From a virus: DNA of 64,000 bases. Numbering within the stretch: position 1 is the stretch's first letter; every line of letters begins with the position of its first letter. The stretch is from IMG/VR virus record IMGVR_UViG_3300042691_015921; one strand, 5' to 3'. A model generated the notes under the pieces. That model did no database searches and was not told where the DNA came from. It saw nothing but the letters and a program-made list of their open reading frames with translations. Position numbers and translations under genes: made by a program. Positions 38,458-51,484 of the stretch are shown piece after piece.

Positions 38458-38871
38458 TCACAGTTTATCTACATTGTCTTCAATAGCATCAGCAATTCTA
38501 TAAAAATCATTTCCACCATCATTCAAGACTGTAAGATCTTCATAATAAGTATATACATTATCATTGAATGATCCTTCTTGTGTTTTCAATCCAGCCCAGT
38601 CTTGAACATTCTTTGGAAGAACTGTCACTCCACGCTCAGTATTACCCTGTCCGAATCGAATTGCTGATACACCTTCCCATCTTACCTCATGAACCTTCAT
38701 CTGCTTCTTCTTATGCCTCTTCTGTTCCTCATTATACAACTCACACAGGACACCAAGGCAACAATGACATGAATCTCCCTCATGGTCAGTGATCTTTAGA
38801 TATCCTTGACCTTGCTTATATTTACCGCTACGTAGAGCCTTAACCCACTTCTTTGCAATATTCTTATTCAT
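38458..38871 (-). CDS. phage hypothetical protein
   Basis: KWVKALRSGKYKQG..CCLGVLC..LND..F..IAD family pattern. Confidence 0.7.
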   Translation of the reverse strand: MNKNIAKKWVKALRSGKYKQGQGYLKITDHEGDSCHCCLGVLCELYNEEQKRHKKKQMKVHEVRWEGVSAIRFGQGNTERGVTVLPKNVQDWAGLKTQEGSFNDNVYTYYEDLTVLNDGGNDFYRIADAIEDNVDKL

Positions 38872-40188
38872 TATTGTACTCCTTTAGTTCTTCTTCTGAT
38901 AGAGCCAAGATACGGACGTAAAAACTATCACCAAGTCCTGCAATTTTATCAGCCGGATAGCCCATGTCAACTAGCCATTCGTGCAGATTAGGATTTTTAC
39001 TACGATTATAAACCTTTGGGAAACCATACATCCATCCGCTAGGTGGATCAATCCATACAAGATCATTTTCCATTTTTAAACTCCTGTGTTGTGTGAAATA
39101 TATACAATATCATGAAAAAAATTAGAAGCCTATTGGACCAAAGCTTATCTGCATCTATTATTCCACTAATTACATAAAATAGCATAAATAAATAAAAGTA
39201 GATACTATTCATAATATTTAAACCACCTTATGTATCCAAGCCTTGTCTTGCCTTCCGAGATATAAATCTTTCCCCCACATACCCAAACAAGTAAAGCAAA
39301 GGACATACCCCACAGAATAATTCCAAGCACCGCCCAAATTGGAAGAGAAAGAAATAGCAGTAGATAGAAAACCCAAATCATTCTATCTCCTTTACGTTGA
39401 CTAGACCCGGCTTAAATATCCCCTGATATACCAGTTCATCGTCTTCCACTTGATACACATATAGACCATGTTCTCCATCTATAACCGCACCAAAGATATG
39501 AACTCTTGTGGAGGGATCAATCAGTTGTGCAGACCCATCAAATGGTCCACCATAGATAGAAATATTATCTAGTCTAATATCGTTAAGATAAAATGACTGT
39601 CTCATCCTTCTCCCCACTGTTTCATGATACGACCGATACAGGCACGGATGCCACGCTTACGATTGAAATTGTGACCCTTCGGGGTATTAAACTTAGCAGA
39701 GAATTCCTGACCGGTCATAGTGGTAAGATCAATGCGGGTATAGCCACCCTTGCAGGAAAGTTCATGAAATTTACGATCACCCCTTTCGGACATCTCCCTC
39801 TTACTCATAAGGATATCGCGGCCCCCATGCTCCAACCAACCATCGGCCGCAAAAACACGACAATGATAAACCCGAACCTTATGACCAGCCTCACGAAGTT
39901 CTTCAATACTAGGCACGTTACGAATCTTCTCACGCTTAATTTTAGTAGTCATTTTATTCCTCTGTTATTGTTACTTCAACACCATCAAACACATGAACGT
40001 CAACGCTGTCATAAATACCACAGGCACGGGGCTTATTCACCACTTTCCAGTGAAAGTGAAACTTATTCCCATCAAGTTCAGAATATCCTATCTTAACAAG
40101 ATACTCGTTAATGATATCTTCCAGATCAGGCAGGCATAGGTCAAGTTTTGTTGTTTTGGTTGTCTTCATCGTTTTCTCCTTCTCTCAG

Positions 40189-40216
40189 AGTATACCACGC
40201 CTATCAGCGTTGTCAA
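40189..40216 (-). promoter_or_regulatory. promoter TTGACA-N16-TATACT
   Basis: family consensus. Confidence 0.8.
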
Positions 40217-40234
40217 GCCACTTGTTCCATTTGC

Positions 40235-40720
40235 TCATAGTACCCAACAAACCTTCCTATATTTATCGTGAGGATCACTATCGTTAATAATCTGCTCAAT
40301 AATATTCCAATCACCATTCGCTAGGCCCGCCCCAATTTTCGGAAAATGAACATCCGAAAAATAATTGTATTCAATGTTACTATTGCTGATTATTCTGAAA
40401 ACATTAGCCACTGCCACATAATTGACATATCTTACTGTAGGATCGCCTCCACAAGTTTCTTGAGTTAATGCATTAGCAATCCATAGATAGTCTCTCTTAG
40501 CAGACTTATATTCGTTCCACGGATGATAATACCAAATAATGTCGCCAAGCTTCGGTTTATCTTTTGATTCCAGACTCAACTTATATCGTGTATAACACTC
40601 AGGATATTTATCTTTGATTGCTTTAGCAACGCCCGCACCCATAACTCCCAACATATTACAGCCATGAACAATCACTCCAGACTGAGCATCCAGCAGATTA
40701 CCTTTTCTGTATTCAATCAT
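40235..40720 (-). CDS. macro domain (Poa1p/DarG-like ADP-ribose processing) protein
   Basis: GNLL, HGCN..GVMGAGVAKAI, FPKIGAGLANGDW. Confidence 0.9.
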   Translation of the reverse strand: MIEYRKGNLLDAQSGVIVHGCNMLGVMGAGVAKAIKDKYPECYTRYKLSLESKDKPKLGDIIWYYHPWNEYKSAKRDYLWIANALTQETCGGDPTVRYVNYVAVANVFRIISNSNIEYNYFSDVHFPKIGAGLANGDWNIIEQIINDSDPHDKYRKVCWVL

Positions 40721-41046
40721 TAAATGTCTCCTGTCTCAACAAATTTTTGCAGCATAGGGATTAAAGCCTTAACTTGCTCGACATTAAGGTGCATTCGACT
40801 ATTAGATACTAGTTCTTTGGCTTTAAGAAGCGTTTTGATTTCCTCTTCTGAAACATCTCGCCAAGGATATCCCGCCCTTAGACCAATATCATTACATCCT
40901 AACCAAATTCTAACGCCAGAGCTACTACGTTGAAGGCTACATTCGGCCCCGTAATCGTCTACGAAATTGTATCGGCCAAATCCACGTTGAGTATGAGTTT
41001 TTTCCATTAGTGATTCCTTGGTTAGTCGGTTATCTGTACGAAGGAC

Positions 41047-41074
41047 AGTATACCATACCCTTACGGGTTGTCAA
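41047..41074 (-). promoter_or_regulatory. promoter TTGACA-N16-TATACT
   Basis: family consensus. Confidence 0.8.
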
Positions 41075-42148
41075 CCCCATGCTATAGTGTAATATGGATC
41101 AACTGATCCTTGTGGATCTCTCTGGTCATAGAATCCACTCTTCTTATCCACTTTATATCCCAAGCTGGTTAAACGGAATATAATCGTCTCATTAACATAC
41201 TTCTCATTAATAGCAACTGCATATTTACCCTTACTGGATGCTTCTGCGATTTTGCTTTCAATAATAGTAAGATGAGTCTGATTAGTATTGCTATTTAGAT
41301 CATCAGAGATCTTTCTTGCAGTTTTTGCGTCAATCATTCTATTATTTCCTTTCATACTTTTTCATCAGTATACACAATTGATTTAATAACTCGATATGTC
41401 GCTGATGCCAATAATCTACCGCTTCTTTTGCATGATCCGCCGACTCGTAGCGAATAACGTGGCAATTCTCCCATAAACAAAAAGATCTTTTTTGCACAAA
41501 GAATCCACGAAATTCGCCGTTATTATAAAGTTGTTCAACAACTCTGAATCCACCAGCGTAAGATTTAATTACATTAGTAATATATGACTTAAACATATAC
41601 TCCGATTCTTTTGCTTCGTTGATAGAAACCGGATGGTGATGGCAATCTTCCCATACCCAGAAAAATAAAGGATGTCTTTTCTGAATAAAATAACCCAAAA
41701 GTTTGCCATTATCAAACTCTCTCTTGACTACTCTAGTTTTATCAAACATGATTTTCTCTTTCTATTGGTTGTTTGTGGGTTTTTCTAAATTCTCGCAGTC
41801 TTTTTACAAACCACCAATGGAAGTTTTCTTTTCCTGGCTTGAATCCGGCTTTTTCACAAGACTGAACGAATAAATATCCGTCACCGGGACAACAAACGAT
41901 AAAATCTCCATTATATTCTTTTCCACCATACTCAGCTTCGTACTCGTCATCCCAGCTAAATGTAGCCATTCCAGTGTTTCTTCTAACAATAAACCAGTCA
42001 CCAGCGTCTACAAGAATATGACCAGTTTCGTAACCATTCGTAATTGCTTTAGAAACAAACCAGTCTGGAACAATCTCGCCATAGAGTTCAGCATTCGTGT
42101 CGCAAATTTGGCACATAGTCTCTCGCTTTGTAATAGGTGTGTAGAACG

Positions 42149-42176
42149 ATTATACCTCACGACTCAAACGTGTCAA
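42149..42176 (-). promoter_or_regulatory. promoter TTGACA-N16-TATAAT
   Basis: family consensus. Confidence 0.8.
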
Positions 42177-42870
42177 CCGTTGATCCACCCCCTCAAGTCT
42201 ACGATTTCATACCAGTCACGGTCACTGCCATTCACGGTATAAGACTCGTCGCATGCGTTGCCTTGAAAATTATATTTCTCAACTTTTACCTGACTTAATG
42301 CTTCCTCATATGTTTCAAAACATCCAATCCAGTCACCAGTACGACGGGACGGATAATAATCTTCCCCTGCGATTAGCAAATAGTATTTCATAGAACTCCG
42401 TTCTTTCGTAAAAAGCCGTACAAATTTTTCATATCATTCTCGTCAACACGAAACTCGACCGGATCATTGTTGTAACTAAAAACCCTCACCAGATAAGGAT
42501 TTCGCTTTAGATTTTCATTATAGTGAATTTCAATAAGGTCATACTCTAAAACTAGAGTTCGCAACAATGAAGATTTCACAGCTACACCTTGCGTCTAGAG
42601 TCCCAATGACTAGTCATGGTCATTCCTTACTGAGTATTCAATAACGAGATCAACTGGCTGAACTTGTTCATCATACAAAAAATTGTATAATATACCGAAT
42701 TTTAAACTTACTGCATTAAAATCAACATCATTCACTCTCATAAAAATTTCACTCATGCCTATACCTTTAACAAAAAAAGTATCAGTTACATTCATGTGTT
42801 TAAATATGATTTCTTCGGGCTTGCTAGACTTTTCTTTAAACGTAATCATTTTTCCTCCAGTTAGTTGTTA

Positions 42871-43605
42871 CTAAGAATTACTTTTCCATTTGCCATCATA
42901 CACTAAAATTTCAGATAAGTACTTATTAGCAGTTTGATCGTCACATTCAATATACAAGCCTTCTGCGGTCCAGTTTTCAAGATTTACTTTGGAGTAATTA
43001 ATCCCGTCGTAAGGTTTAGATGCGGGAAATTCTTCCACTAACCAAGAGCAAACACGGTTTTCAGGAACAAAAACGGTATGTAATAGGTCTGAACGCAAGA
43101 AAAAAGAATAGCCCGAATCATAGGATTCATACCTAGTAAGTGAGAGATTTTGCTTTCCAAGACTAATAAACTTGCCACAACCTCCAGAGATATGACTATC
43201 CCATCTATATTTGTTGTACTCTTCTCCTCGTTGATCGTCTAGAGCATATACCTTATTATCAAGTTGACCTTTCAAAACCGTAATTTTGAGGTCTACATGA
43301 TGAGAATGAATAGCAATAGCCGAATCTTTGTAAAGTTCATGATTCTTATCCGCATAAAAAACTCTTTTATAGCGTCCATCTTCATATTCAAGCGGGAAAG
43401 AATGAACTCCTACACAGTGACAGTTGAGAAGATTTTTCATATTACCAACGCTCTCCACAATTAGTTTTACGTTATGATTCTTACACAAAGTTTCGTATTC
43501 TTCTGACGAGTATGCTGAATCTGGAGTTATCATTATGCGTCTAGCTTCGCCCTTTTCTAGACTCTCATAAGAAACAAACTTTCCGCAAACGTCGCACTTA
43601 ATCAT
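42871..43605 (-). CDS. hypothetical protein: N-terminal zinc finger fused to a cupin-like domain
   Basis: CDVC..C N-terminus; IHSHH...LHTV. Confidence 0.5.
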   Translation of the reverse strand: MIKCDVCGKFVSYESLEKGEARRIMITPDSAYSSEEYETLCKNHNVKLIVESVGNMKNLLNCHCVGVHSFPLEYEDGRYKRVFYADKNHELYKDSAIAIHSHHVDLKITVLKGQLDNKVYALDDQRGEEYNKYRWDSHISGGCGKFISLGKQNLSLTRYESYDSGYSFFLRSDLLHTVFVPENRVCSWLVEEFPASKPYDGINYSKVNLENWTAEGLYIECDDQTANKYLSEILVYDGKWKSNS

Positions 43606-43860
43606 CGAAATCTCCTCGCTGATTGTCAGCCTTCTATGTCAAATCCTTAATTAGACGAGCAAATGTTTCGGCCAACTCCGGTAAAGAGTCAAATTTAACG
43701 TTAATTGAACGGCTATCATGAAACCAGATAACAATTCTTGAGCCATTAGCGGAGTCAATGTGTTTATTGATATGATAGATATCCGATTTGTGAATGATAT
43801 GTGAGCCAATATGAATAAAGTCTGCCATCTGTTTCTCCTGTGTTTGTCTGTCCGAAGGAC

Positions 43861-43889
43861 AGTATACCACAGCCCTCACGGGCTGTCAA
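43861..43889 (-). promoter_or_regulatory. promoter TTGACA-N17-TATACT
   Basis: shares the flanking tctgt.cgaaggacagtatacca with the 41047 promoter. Confidence 0.75.
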
Positions 43890-43890
43890 G

Positions 43891-44350
43891 TCACGGAAGC
43901 TCCGTAATCTTTATTTGCTTACGCAAAGTTTCCTTTCTCAGATATTCTTTTTCACTTTCAATATACTTGCGACACTCTTCTTCTGTTTTAAAACGTCTTT
44001 GTTCCCTGCCGCTACGATAATTTTCCTGAATCCAAGAGTAAAAAATCCATTCTTTCAGTCTTACCTGATACCAAATCTCGCCAAGACCATTCTCAAATTT
44101 GAATACTTTGTATTTCATATTTACCTCACGGAAGCTCCGTAACCTTGTCTTTTTTTTGTGAAATTAGAAAATCATGCAAGTATTGCCTAGCTTCACTCTC
44201 TGAATTAAAAACTAAAGTCTTATTATAGGCAAGACCATATGCTGTAAAGTCTATTTGAGTAAGCCAAGAATCAGAAATCCAACCCTTTTTTCTAATCTTA
44301 TACCAGATTTTACCACTACCTGTCTCTACTTTACAAACAACATACTTCAT
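43891..44350 (-). repeat. tandem paralogous small genes (43891-44118, 44126-44350); third copy 46207-46482
   Basis: shared G.G.IWY.IR..W...W...F motif; near-identical 3' DNA tcacggaagctccgtaa. Confidence 0.8.
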
Positions 44351-47300
44351 TGACAACAACCTCTTATAAAGAAATACATCTCTTGAATAATATCGTCTAA
44401 TTCTAAAAGTTCTATTTCGCGTAAAACATCCGTAAGGCCAATCTCCAATGCTTCGATTTCGCAAATATGAGTAGGTGAGGATATATCGTTTGTATTTTCC
44501 CAGGCATCAATACGATTTCTAATAAATTCTATAATGCGTTTTTGTTTTTCGTTAATCATATAGTCGTTTAATTCCTCTTTTATCGTATGCGTCAACTTCT
44601 TCTAATTCTAGTTCAATTTTGCACCGTTTAATATCATAGTAGTAATCATAACTATAATAAGTATCACACGCAATTAGTATATTCACATTTTCTATAGTCT
44701 TATCTAAAGAGTAATATGGACCAGAGATAATTTCGTCCTCATATCTTCCATCTTTTCTGACATATACAATGTAATAAGTGTCAACTTTCATAGTCACTCT
44801 TTAATCTCCACAATTACTTTAATGCCCTCAAAGCTATAACTATTATAGGCACTACCGGGTTTAACAATACACTCCATCTTATAAGCATCTCCCTTTGAAC
44901 TCAAATCATTGTCAAGAATATGTTGCTCAATCAATGTTTTAATATCAGAAATAGAATAGGTGATTTCTTTCTTATTTTTAACTTCCACTATATCGCTCCA
45001 GTGTTATTATTCTCTAAACGCTCACGAAAATTAAGTAGCTTGTCTAATCTCAATTGTTCTCGTTCTACTTCTTCTTTTTGAAATTTTATTTTGAGGTCAA
45101 TATCATCTATAGTTGCTGGTCTAAGTTCTTCACAATCCCTTAGTCCATAATACCAAGCTTTCTTTGAACTAAAAAGAGTTGAACAAAATTGTGGGGTATG
45201 CTCTGCTTCAAATATGGACAAAGCACCACCATTATGACCTAATAGAACAACTACATCGCCCTTTTTCCAACTTGGTTTATTGTTCATACATTATCCTCTG
45301 ATCAGTAAGCCTATCTGATGGGTTTTATAATCCATAAAGATCATTCCATCGTCAGATTGTGACCATTCCTCCATTAGCAAAATATCTCTAGGACATAAAG
45401 ACTCATGCATAGGAATGAAACACTCCGATGATGTGTCATAATATGCTAGTTGTTTTTGATAATCTCTTTCAATATAATGATTAGCCTTAACGAGTTCAAT
45501 TGTCCATTTCATTGTATCACCTAGCCCACAAGCGACATAAAATACATCTTAACCGGATAATCTGGAAATTTTTTGCTAATCAGATCAAACCTTTCTTGGA
45601 TAAATTCTAGAGTTAGTTCACCTTCCAAAAGGTTAACCCTTCCATAATCTTCATCTGCATCTATCATATAACCAAAGTATAAGTAATCATCTAGATGATA
45701 TGTTTCTACTGGATCATCATATTCTATTTCACCGAGATCATAAGGTTCTTCATATACTTTACCATCCCATTCATAATGGTATTCTTCTCTTTTGACTAAA
45801 ACCCGCTCTGTTCCTTTTACTTTACCAGTTTTGGAATCATATCGGTTTTGTTCTTCGTAGACCGCTGGTGAGGTTACTACTTTTAGATCTTCTACTGGAA
45901 TTTTTATTCCTATAATACAATAACGCAAAGCGTCAACCCAAATTTTTGCTACTTCTGGTTTCATTATATATCCTCCATTTTTGTAAGACCACAATATTCA
46001 CAAATATACCAAGGATTACCTACGGGACCAAATGACTTAAACCCAAATTTGTGTCCTAAAGTCCCACAATCATCCCGTAGTTGTTTGAGTGTAGGATGGT
46101 GTTGGTGTATACATCGGTCATACTCATCCATACATTTTGCTATTTCGCGTCGTATATCACGATCTATTTTTAGTTTTTCACGCCATATATCATCGTGATT
46201 CATTAGTTATTCTCCACCAAGGTCTGTGACTGTGACACGATTTCTTTTTAGCCTAACCAAATACCTTTCTTTTTCAAGATTCAAGTGTTCTATTGCCTCT
46301 TCTTTACTATCAAATTGTGGGATATAAGGCGTCCAGCCATACTCAGTTTCATAATATATTCTATACCATGAATCCCACAACCAACCAAGATGTCTGATTT
46401 TATACCAAACTTTACCCAAACCATCCTGAAATTGGATAATTGTATATTTATTACTGGGACGATAATTTGTTTTTGTAGCCATTAGTCATTCTCCAGTACA
46501 GATATAGCGTATTTTGTCATTCTATTTTTTGCATCGTCGAAATCTTTTTGTTTGCTAGCATAATGCTCTCTGAAATTTGGGTGATCAGCGGTTAATTTTA
46601 AGGATGCGTTTAAGCAATAGTCGTATTGAAATGAGTTTTCTGTTGGCGAGAGCTTTTTTCTTTCGGAAATCTCAATAGACTGCAAATCTTCCGAATATAC
46701 TTTACCATAAACTATTAACCCATTTTGGTTCAGGATTTTATAATAATATGGAATAGTAATATCGATAGTTTCAGTTGTGCGAACATATTCGATTTTCTCT
46801 CTTGTAATTTCCATCACTCATTCTCCGTAAAATTACTCAACACAACCTTACCTTTGAACTTTGACCACTTTTTGATATCCTTATCGAAAATAATATAAGG
46901 TTTAAAGACCAAGTTATCAGGGATTCCCAAATAATAGCCATGATACGCAAAGTCTCCATCACTATTTTGACGGAACTCAGTTAGAACAACAACAATTTTT
47001 GGATCATAATTATGAACCACCATAACAGGCAAATCAAACTCATAACTAACATCACGCTTTTCGGGCTGAATAATTTCAGAAATCATTATTTTACCTCATC
47101 CTTTAATTGTTCAATAATGGTAAGTAATCCGATCATAATAACCCATCCCATATTAAATGGAAAACTATACTGTGGATTATTTAGTGCTAAATCTACAACT
47201 GCTAATACAACTTGAAAAACAAAACTTGCATAAATAAAAAAAGTGCTTGTTTTCATTATATTCCTCGTTGGTTAAACCATTCATCAACGGTCATAATTTT

Positions 47301-48125
47301 TGGACAAATATAGTCGTCATTCTTATCGAAAGTATTGTTTTCAAAAAAATTGTATGCGTCGAAAGTATGGCCCGCGAAAACAAAATCCCATTTATCAGAA
47401 CAGTATGCGTTCTTTGCTACGTTTTCAAAGTCAACAATCAATGTTTCTGCTGATTCATATTCGATAGGTACGGTCCTCTCGAACCAATAGGTACAATTGT
47501 CTCCAACATCATAGATTAGAACAAGTTTCATAATTTATACGTTACCTTCTTTGAAAAAGTCGCGGTCAATTTTGCAATAGCCATATCCACAGTGGGGACA
47601 AGCTTGATTGTCCTTATAATCCTCGCCTATTAGATAGATAGCGATTTGTTCTCCCCATCCACATTCTTGGCATTGTATCCAGGCGTAAAGATCCCTCTCC
47701 TTTACGTCATTCAGCATGTAATTAAGCAGCATTCTACCCATCTCGTCACCACTACTCCCATAAGGAGCAATATAAACATCCGTATACTCATCCATCCTGA
47801 ACTCTCCACCTTTATATCCGGTAAATACGTTATTAAGAGCATACTTTGCATCTACCAGCATTTCCCTAACGGTAATGTCTTTCGCCGGTTCAAACGCAAG
47901 ACATTCATAATATCCCCGATAACTATGAGGGTTGCGGAATCCATTCCTTACTACTTTATCAGGATTTTCCCGCTCAAGAATACTAATCAACGATCCAAGA
48001 CTAAGTGACATATTATTTTCCTTTCCCTCCACGCTTTTTGTTTCCACCGTAAAGATGAATGGCAACAATATAAATAGGAAGAAGTATAGTTGGCAGAATA
48101 CCGCAAAAAAGTAGTAGATAATTCA

Positions 48126-48239
48126 TTAGTTCACGCTTGGGATGACTGCCATTAGTTTACCAGACGCTCTGGCAATTACAAGGGCATCGTAAATAAATTT
48201 ATAAAAAGCATTGATATTTTTAGCCATTTGTTCATCCAT
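48126..48239 (-). CDS. 37-aa truncated duplicate of the C-terminus of 50150..50377 (not in the ORF track)
   Basis: 44-nt identity 48154-48197 vs 50178-50221; GAGG RBS; MDEQMAKNINAFYKFIYDALVIARASGKLMAVIPSVN. Confidence 0.65.
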   Translation of the reverse strand: MDEQMAKNINAFYKFIYDALVIARASGKLMAVIPSVN

Positions 48240-49401
48240 TAGTTATTCCTCACAATCGATTCCATTCCAAACATATTCCCCCGCCGTATATAGAAGTATT
48301 AGCGGAGTTAATAAAAGACCAAACGCACAGAGCATTAGTATTAGTGTGCCGGTGATTAAGTTTCGCAATATCGTCATCGTCCGTTCTCCAATCTATTAGC
48401 AATAGACCTAAGTCTATGAACAAAATCATAAAGAGTATTCTCACCATAAACATTAACAAGCCTATCAGCAAGCCAACTCAAAAATTCTGCGTCTAGCAGT
48501 TCTTGTGTTCGTTTCGCTGCTATCTTTCTTGTCTTTTTGTTTCCGATTTTACGATCTTTCATGTTTTATCTCTCCACAGAGGATATTCTTTATCGTTTTT
48601 AGCCAAGTTATCTGCTAATTGAGCCACTTCTCTTTCGCTCCAGCCCGCAAAATAGCCTCTCATAAAAACCTGAGTAAGTTCATTACGGTCTTTTTCTCTC
48701 TCATAATATTTCTGGACTGCTTCTATCCAATTTTTAGTTGCTAGTTGTAGTGGGTTTTCGTTCATTGTTTATTCTCCAAATACTTATTTAATTCAACCAA
48801 CTCCTTCTTCATTATTGTGTTCATAACAAGTTGTTCTTCCAGAATATTCCATCATCTCTCCTTTTATCTTTGCTTAAACATCTTGCCTTTATTGTCTAGA
48901 TAAACGCAATGATACCTGCTTTCAGGCAGCCCATCACAATCATCAAACTCTTGTTCTCCAACCAACATAACATCAAACTTGTTGGTTAGATTTAAAACGA
49001 AGCTTGAAAAATCAACAACTTCTACCCATTGAAGATTGTGTTTGGCTTTTGGGTTTTTTGGTGTACCTTGACTAAAAACTCCAGGGACTTCTTCGTTAGT
49101 TAAATCCCTAGCCATCCAGTGATAAAGATAAATACGCATTATTATTCCCAGGTGATTTTGAATTTTTCGTAGCCAGTTACAAACCCATCCCATACAATGT
49201 CATAATTCTTGTTTGAAGGTTTGGCTTACACCACCACAGCGTACCACCAAACCGTATTGTTAGTTAAAAGATAAGGGGATGTTTAGTCCCCCTATAGTGG
49301 GAGTGTTATCGCCAACTGATATAGAGTGTTCATTAAGGGTTACTATAATATCCCGTTTGTCCAAATCAGTTAGGTTCTTCATAGTGTCTCCTTGTTCTAC
49401 C

Positions 49402-49429
49402 ATTATACCACACTACGCTAACGAGTCAA
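49402..49429 (-). promoter_or_regulatory. promoter TTGACT-N16-TATAAT
   Basis: family consensus. Confidence 0.75.
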
Positions 49430-50385
49430 GTGTCCCAAATACGACCGTATAAAGTTTCATTTACTCAACCCCCATATTCAAGAATTTCCCCAACTATTAC
49501 ATTTTCATTAAGAATACCTGATTTTACTATCTTATCTACTCGTTCTTGCATAGCATCATAACCACTAACAACCTCCCACAACTTTTCGCCATTAGTATCT
49601 TCCCAAGCAATTAACCACATTAGTTATTCTCCAAATATTTTTGATACGCTTCTAGTAAATAGTTTTCAATTAATTCTTTTGGATTCTCTATTCCATGAGT
49701 ATTCTTTAAGACATCTAATTGCTCTTGTGTTATTTTTGCACAATATTTATCTTTCCATACGTCATATGATAATTTAGTCATTATTTATTCTCCATCAAAT
49801 TCTAAATTATTTGTCATAATTTTATTCTCTTTTCTAAATGAGGGAGAAACCAAAACCCCCCAACTCATGCCAATAGGATGAGTGTCAAATCCCATTTCTC
49901 TTAAAGTATTGGCAACCCAAGCCATTTTTTCGCCCCTTGGTTTCTTGCAAAAAATAGAGTTTTCTGATGCTGCAAGTACCATTGAAAACATGAGATCAAT
50001 TAATTTTTGTTCTTTATTTTCCATTATTTATTCTCCTTTTTATTTTCCCCCGCCCCTCTTCTTTTGCCCGCTATAAGCGTACACAAACAAAAAATAGATG
50101 GGGAACGAGATCGACAAGACTACGACTCCAAAAAAAATCAAGTAAGTCATTAGTTCACGCTCGGGTTAACAGCCATAAGTTTACCAGACGCTCTGGCAAT
50201 TACAAGGGCATCGTAAATAAAATTATAGAACGCACTAATATGAGCCGCCATTTGCTCCTCACCACGCTCGTTGATAATGTCATCAGCCAGAGCGTATGCA
50301 AAATTTGTAATCTGTATACGGACTGCATCTTCATCGTTTGTAAGCATTGTCAGATCTTTTCTATAGAGGTGAAACAATTAGTAGA

Positions 50386-50457
50386 TAGCCCCAGCAGGAA
50401 TCGAACCTGCACCTAGAGATTAGAAGTCACTTATTATATCCATTTAACTATGGGGCC
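50386..50457 (-). tRNA. trnR: tRNA-Arg(UCU)
   Basis: GGCCCCA/TGGGGCT, CTTCTAA loop, GCAGG-TTCGATT-CCTGC. Confidence 0.9.
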
Positions 50458-50462
50458 GCGAA

Positions 50463-50789
50463 TCAAGTAGACCGGTCAATCAATTTGTACTCAAAGATAT
50501 CCCCATTCTCTCTAATCTTCTTATCTTCATATGGGGATGCAACACGCCGGTAAAACTCTTGCTTGATATTTTCAAGAACTCCGGTGATCATTGCCACGTT
50601 ACGGTATGATACACCATCCTCAGTCAATGTCAAGTGGGCAGCAACCCTTGAGAAACAGTAATTAATCCGGCCCAAAAGCTTGGGGAGTTCCCACTTCTCT
50701 TCCGGCTTAACGTCAAAAAGAATTGCGTCAATCATCGCATCAACTGACCGGTCCAATCCCGGCCGCTCATCTTCTGAAATATATGGCAT
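50463..50789 (-). CDS. conserved phage hypothetical protein
   Basis: MPYI...G.INY...GVLE..KQEFYRR...PYEDKKI.ENGD. Confidence 0.75.
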   Translation of the reverse strand: MPYISEDERPGLDRSVDAMIDAILFDVKPEEKWELPKLLGRINYCFSRVAAHLTLTEDGVSYRNVAMITGVLENIKQEFYRRVASPYEDKKIRENGDIFEYKLIDRST

Positions 50790-51271
50790 GATTTATCCTT
50801 TATCGTCCAAATCCAATCTTGGTACGTTCAACATTATCCGAATTTAGAAACTGAGTTTCATGAAACCATCCGGTTTCGTTTGATCGTCCACTCCACCAAC
50901 TACATTCATACGTTACATAATTATTCTGCTTGATGCATACGCTGGTAATTACAGCATCAATAGCTTCTTCAAGACTATGACCTAGAGATACTTTAGTTCC
51001 AATTGGCATAACGACGATATTCTTCATTTGGTTTCCTCTTCTTCTATTAAAGTCTTCCATTCAAACTGTGCGGTATTTGGATTATATTGAGCGACATTAT
51101 TTTTTATAGCTTGTGTTTGTACATCTATAGTTCCAATTTCCACTCCTATAAACAATCCTAGCATTAGAAATATATCGCATGACGCGGCCCAGACTATACA
51201 AAAAATACTTGCAGTTGATCCATCTTCTGAATTTTTATTCATTTTACCACCAGTGGTTAGTTTGAAATCAG

Positions 51272-51345
51272 TAGCGACGGTGGGATTCGAACCCACACTG
51301 TGGACATTTTAAGTGTCCTGACTCCTGCCGTTGGTCTACGTCGCC
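51272..51345 (-). tRNA. trnL: tRNA-Leu(UAA) with short variable loop
   Basis: GGACA-CTTAAAA-TGTCC, GTGGG-TTCGAAT-CCCAC, A73. Confidence 0.88.
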
Positions 51346-51355
51346 TCATACCATT

Positions 51356-51383
51356 ATTCTACCACACTTTCAGTGTGTGTCAA
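51356..51383 (-). promoter_or_regulatory. promoter TTGACA-N16-TAGAAT for tRNA-Leu(UAA)
   Basis: family consensus. Confidence 0.8.
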
Positions 51384-51478
51384 GGAGGGGCCGGAGGAAT
51401 CGAACCTCCGAAGGATGATCAACCCTACACCATGCCTTCCCACGGATTCGAACCGTGCCTCAACCACTGACCCCTCTC
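51384..51478 (-). ncRNA. tRNA-like RNA with two T-psi-C arms and no canonical anticodon arm
   Basis: GAGGGGTC/GGCCCCTC; CACGG-TTCGAAT-CCGTG; GGAGG-TTCGATT-CCTCC. Confidence 0.65.
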
Positions 51479-51484
51479 TATCTG

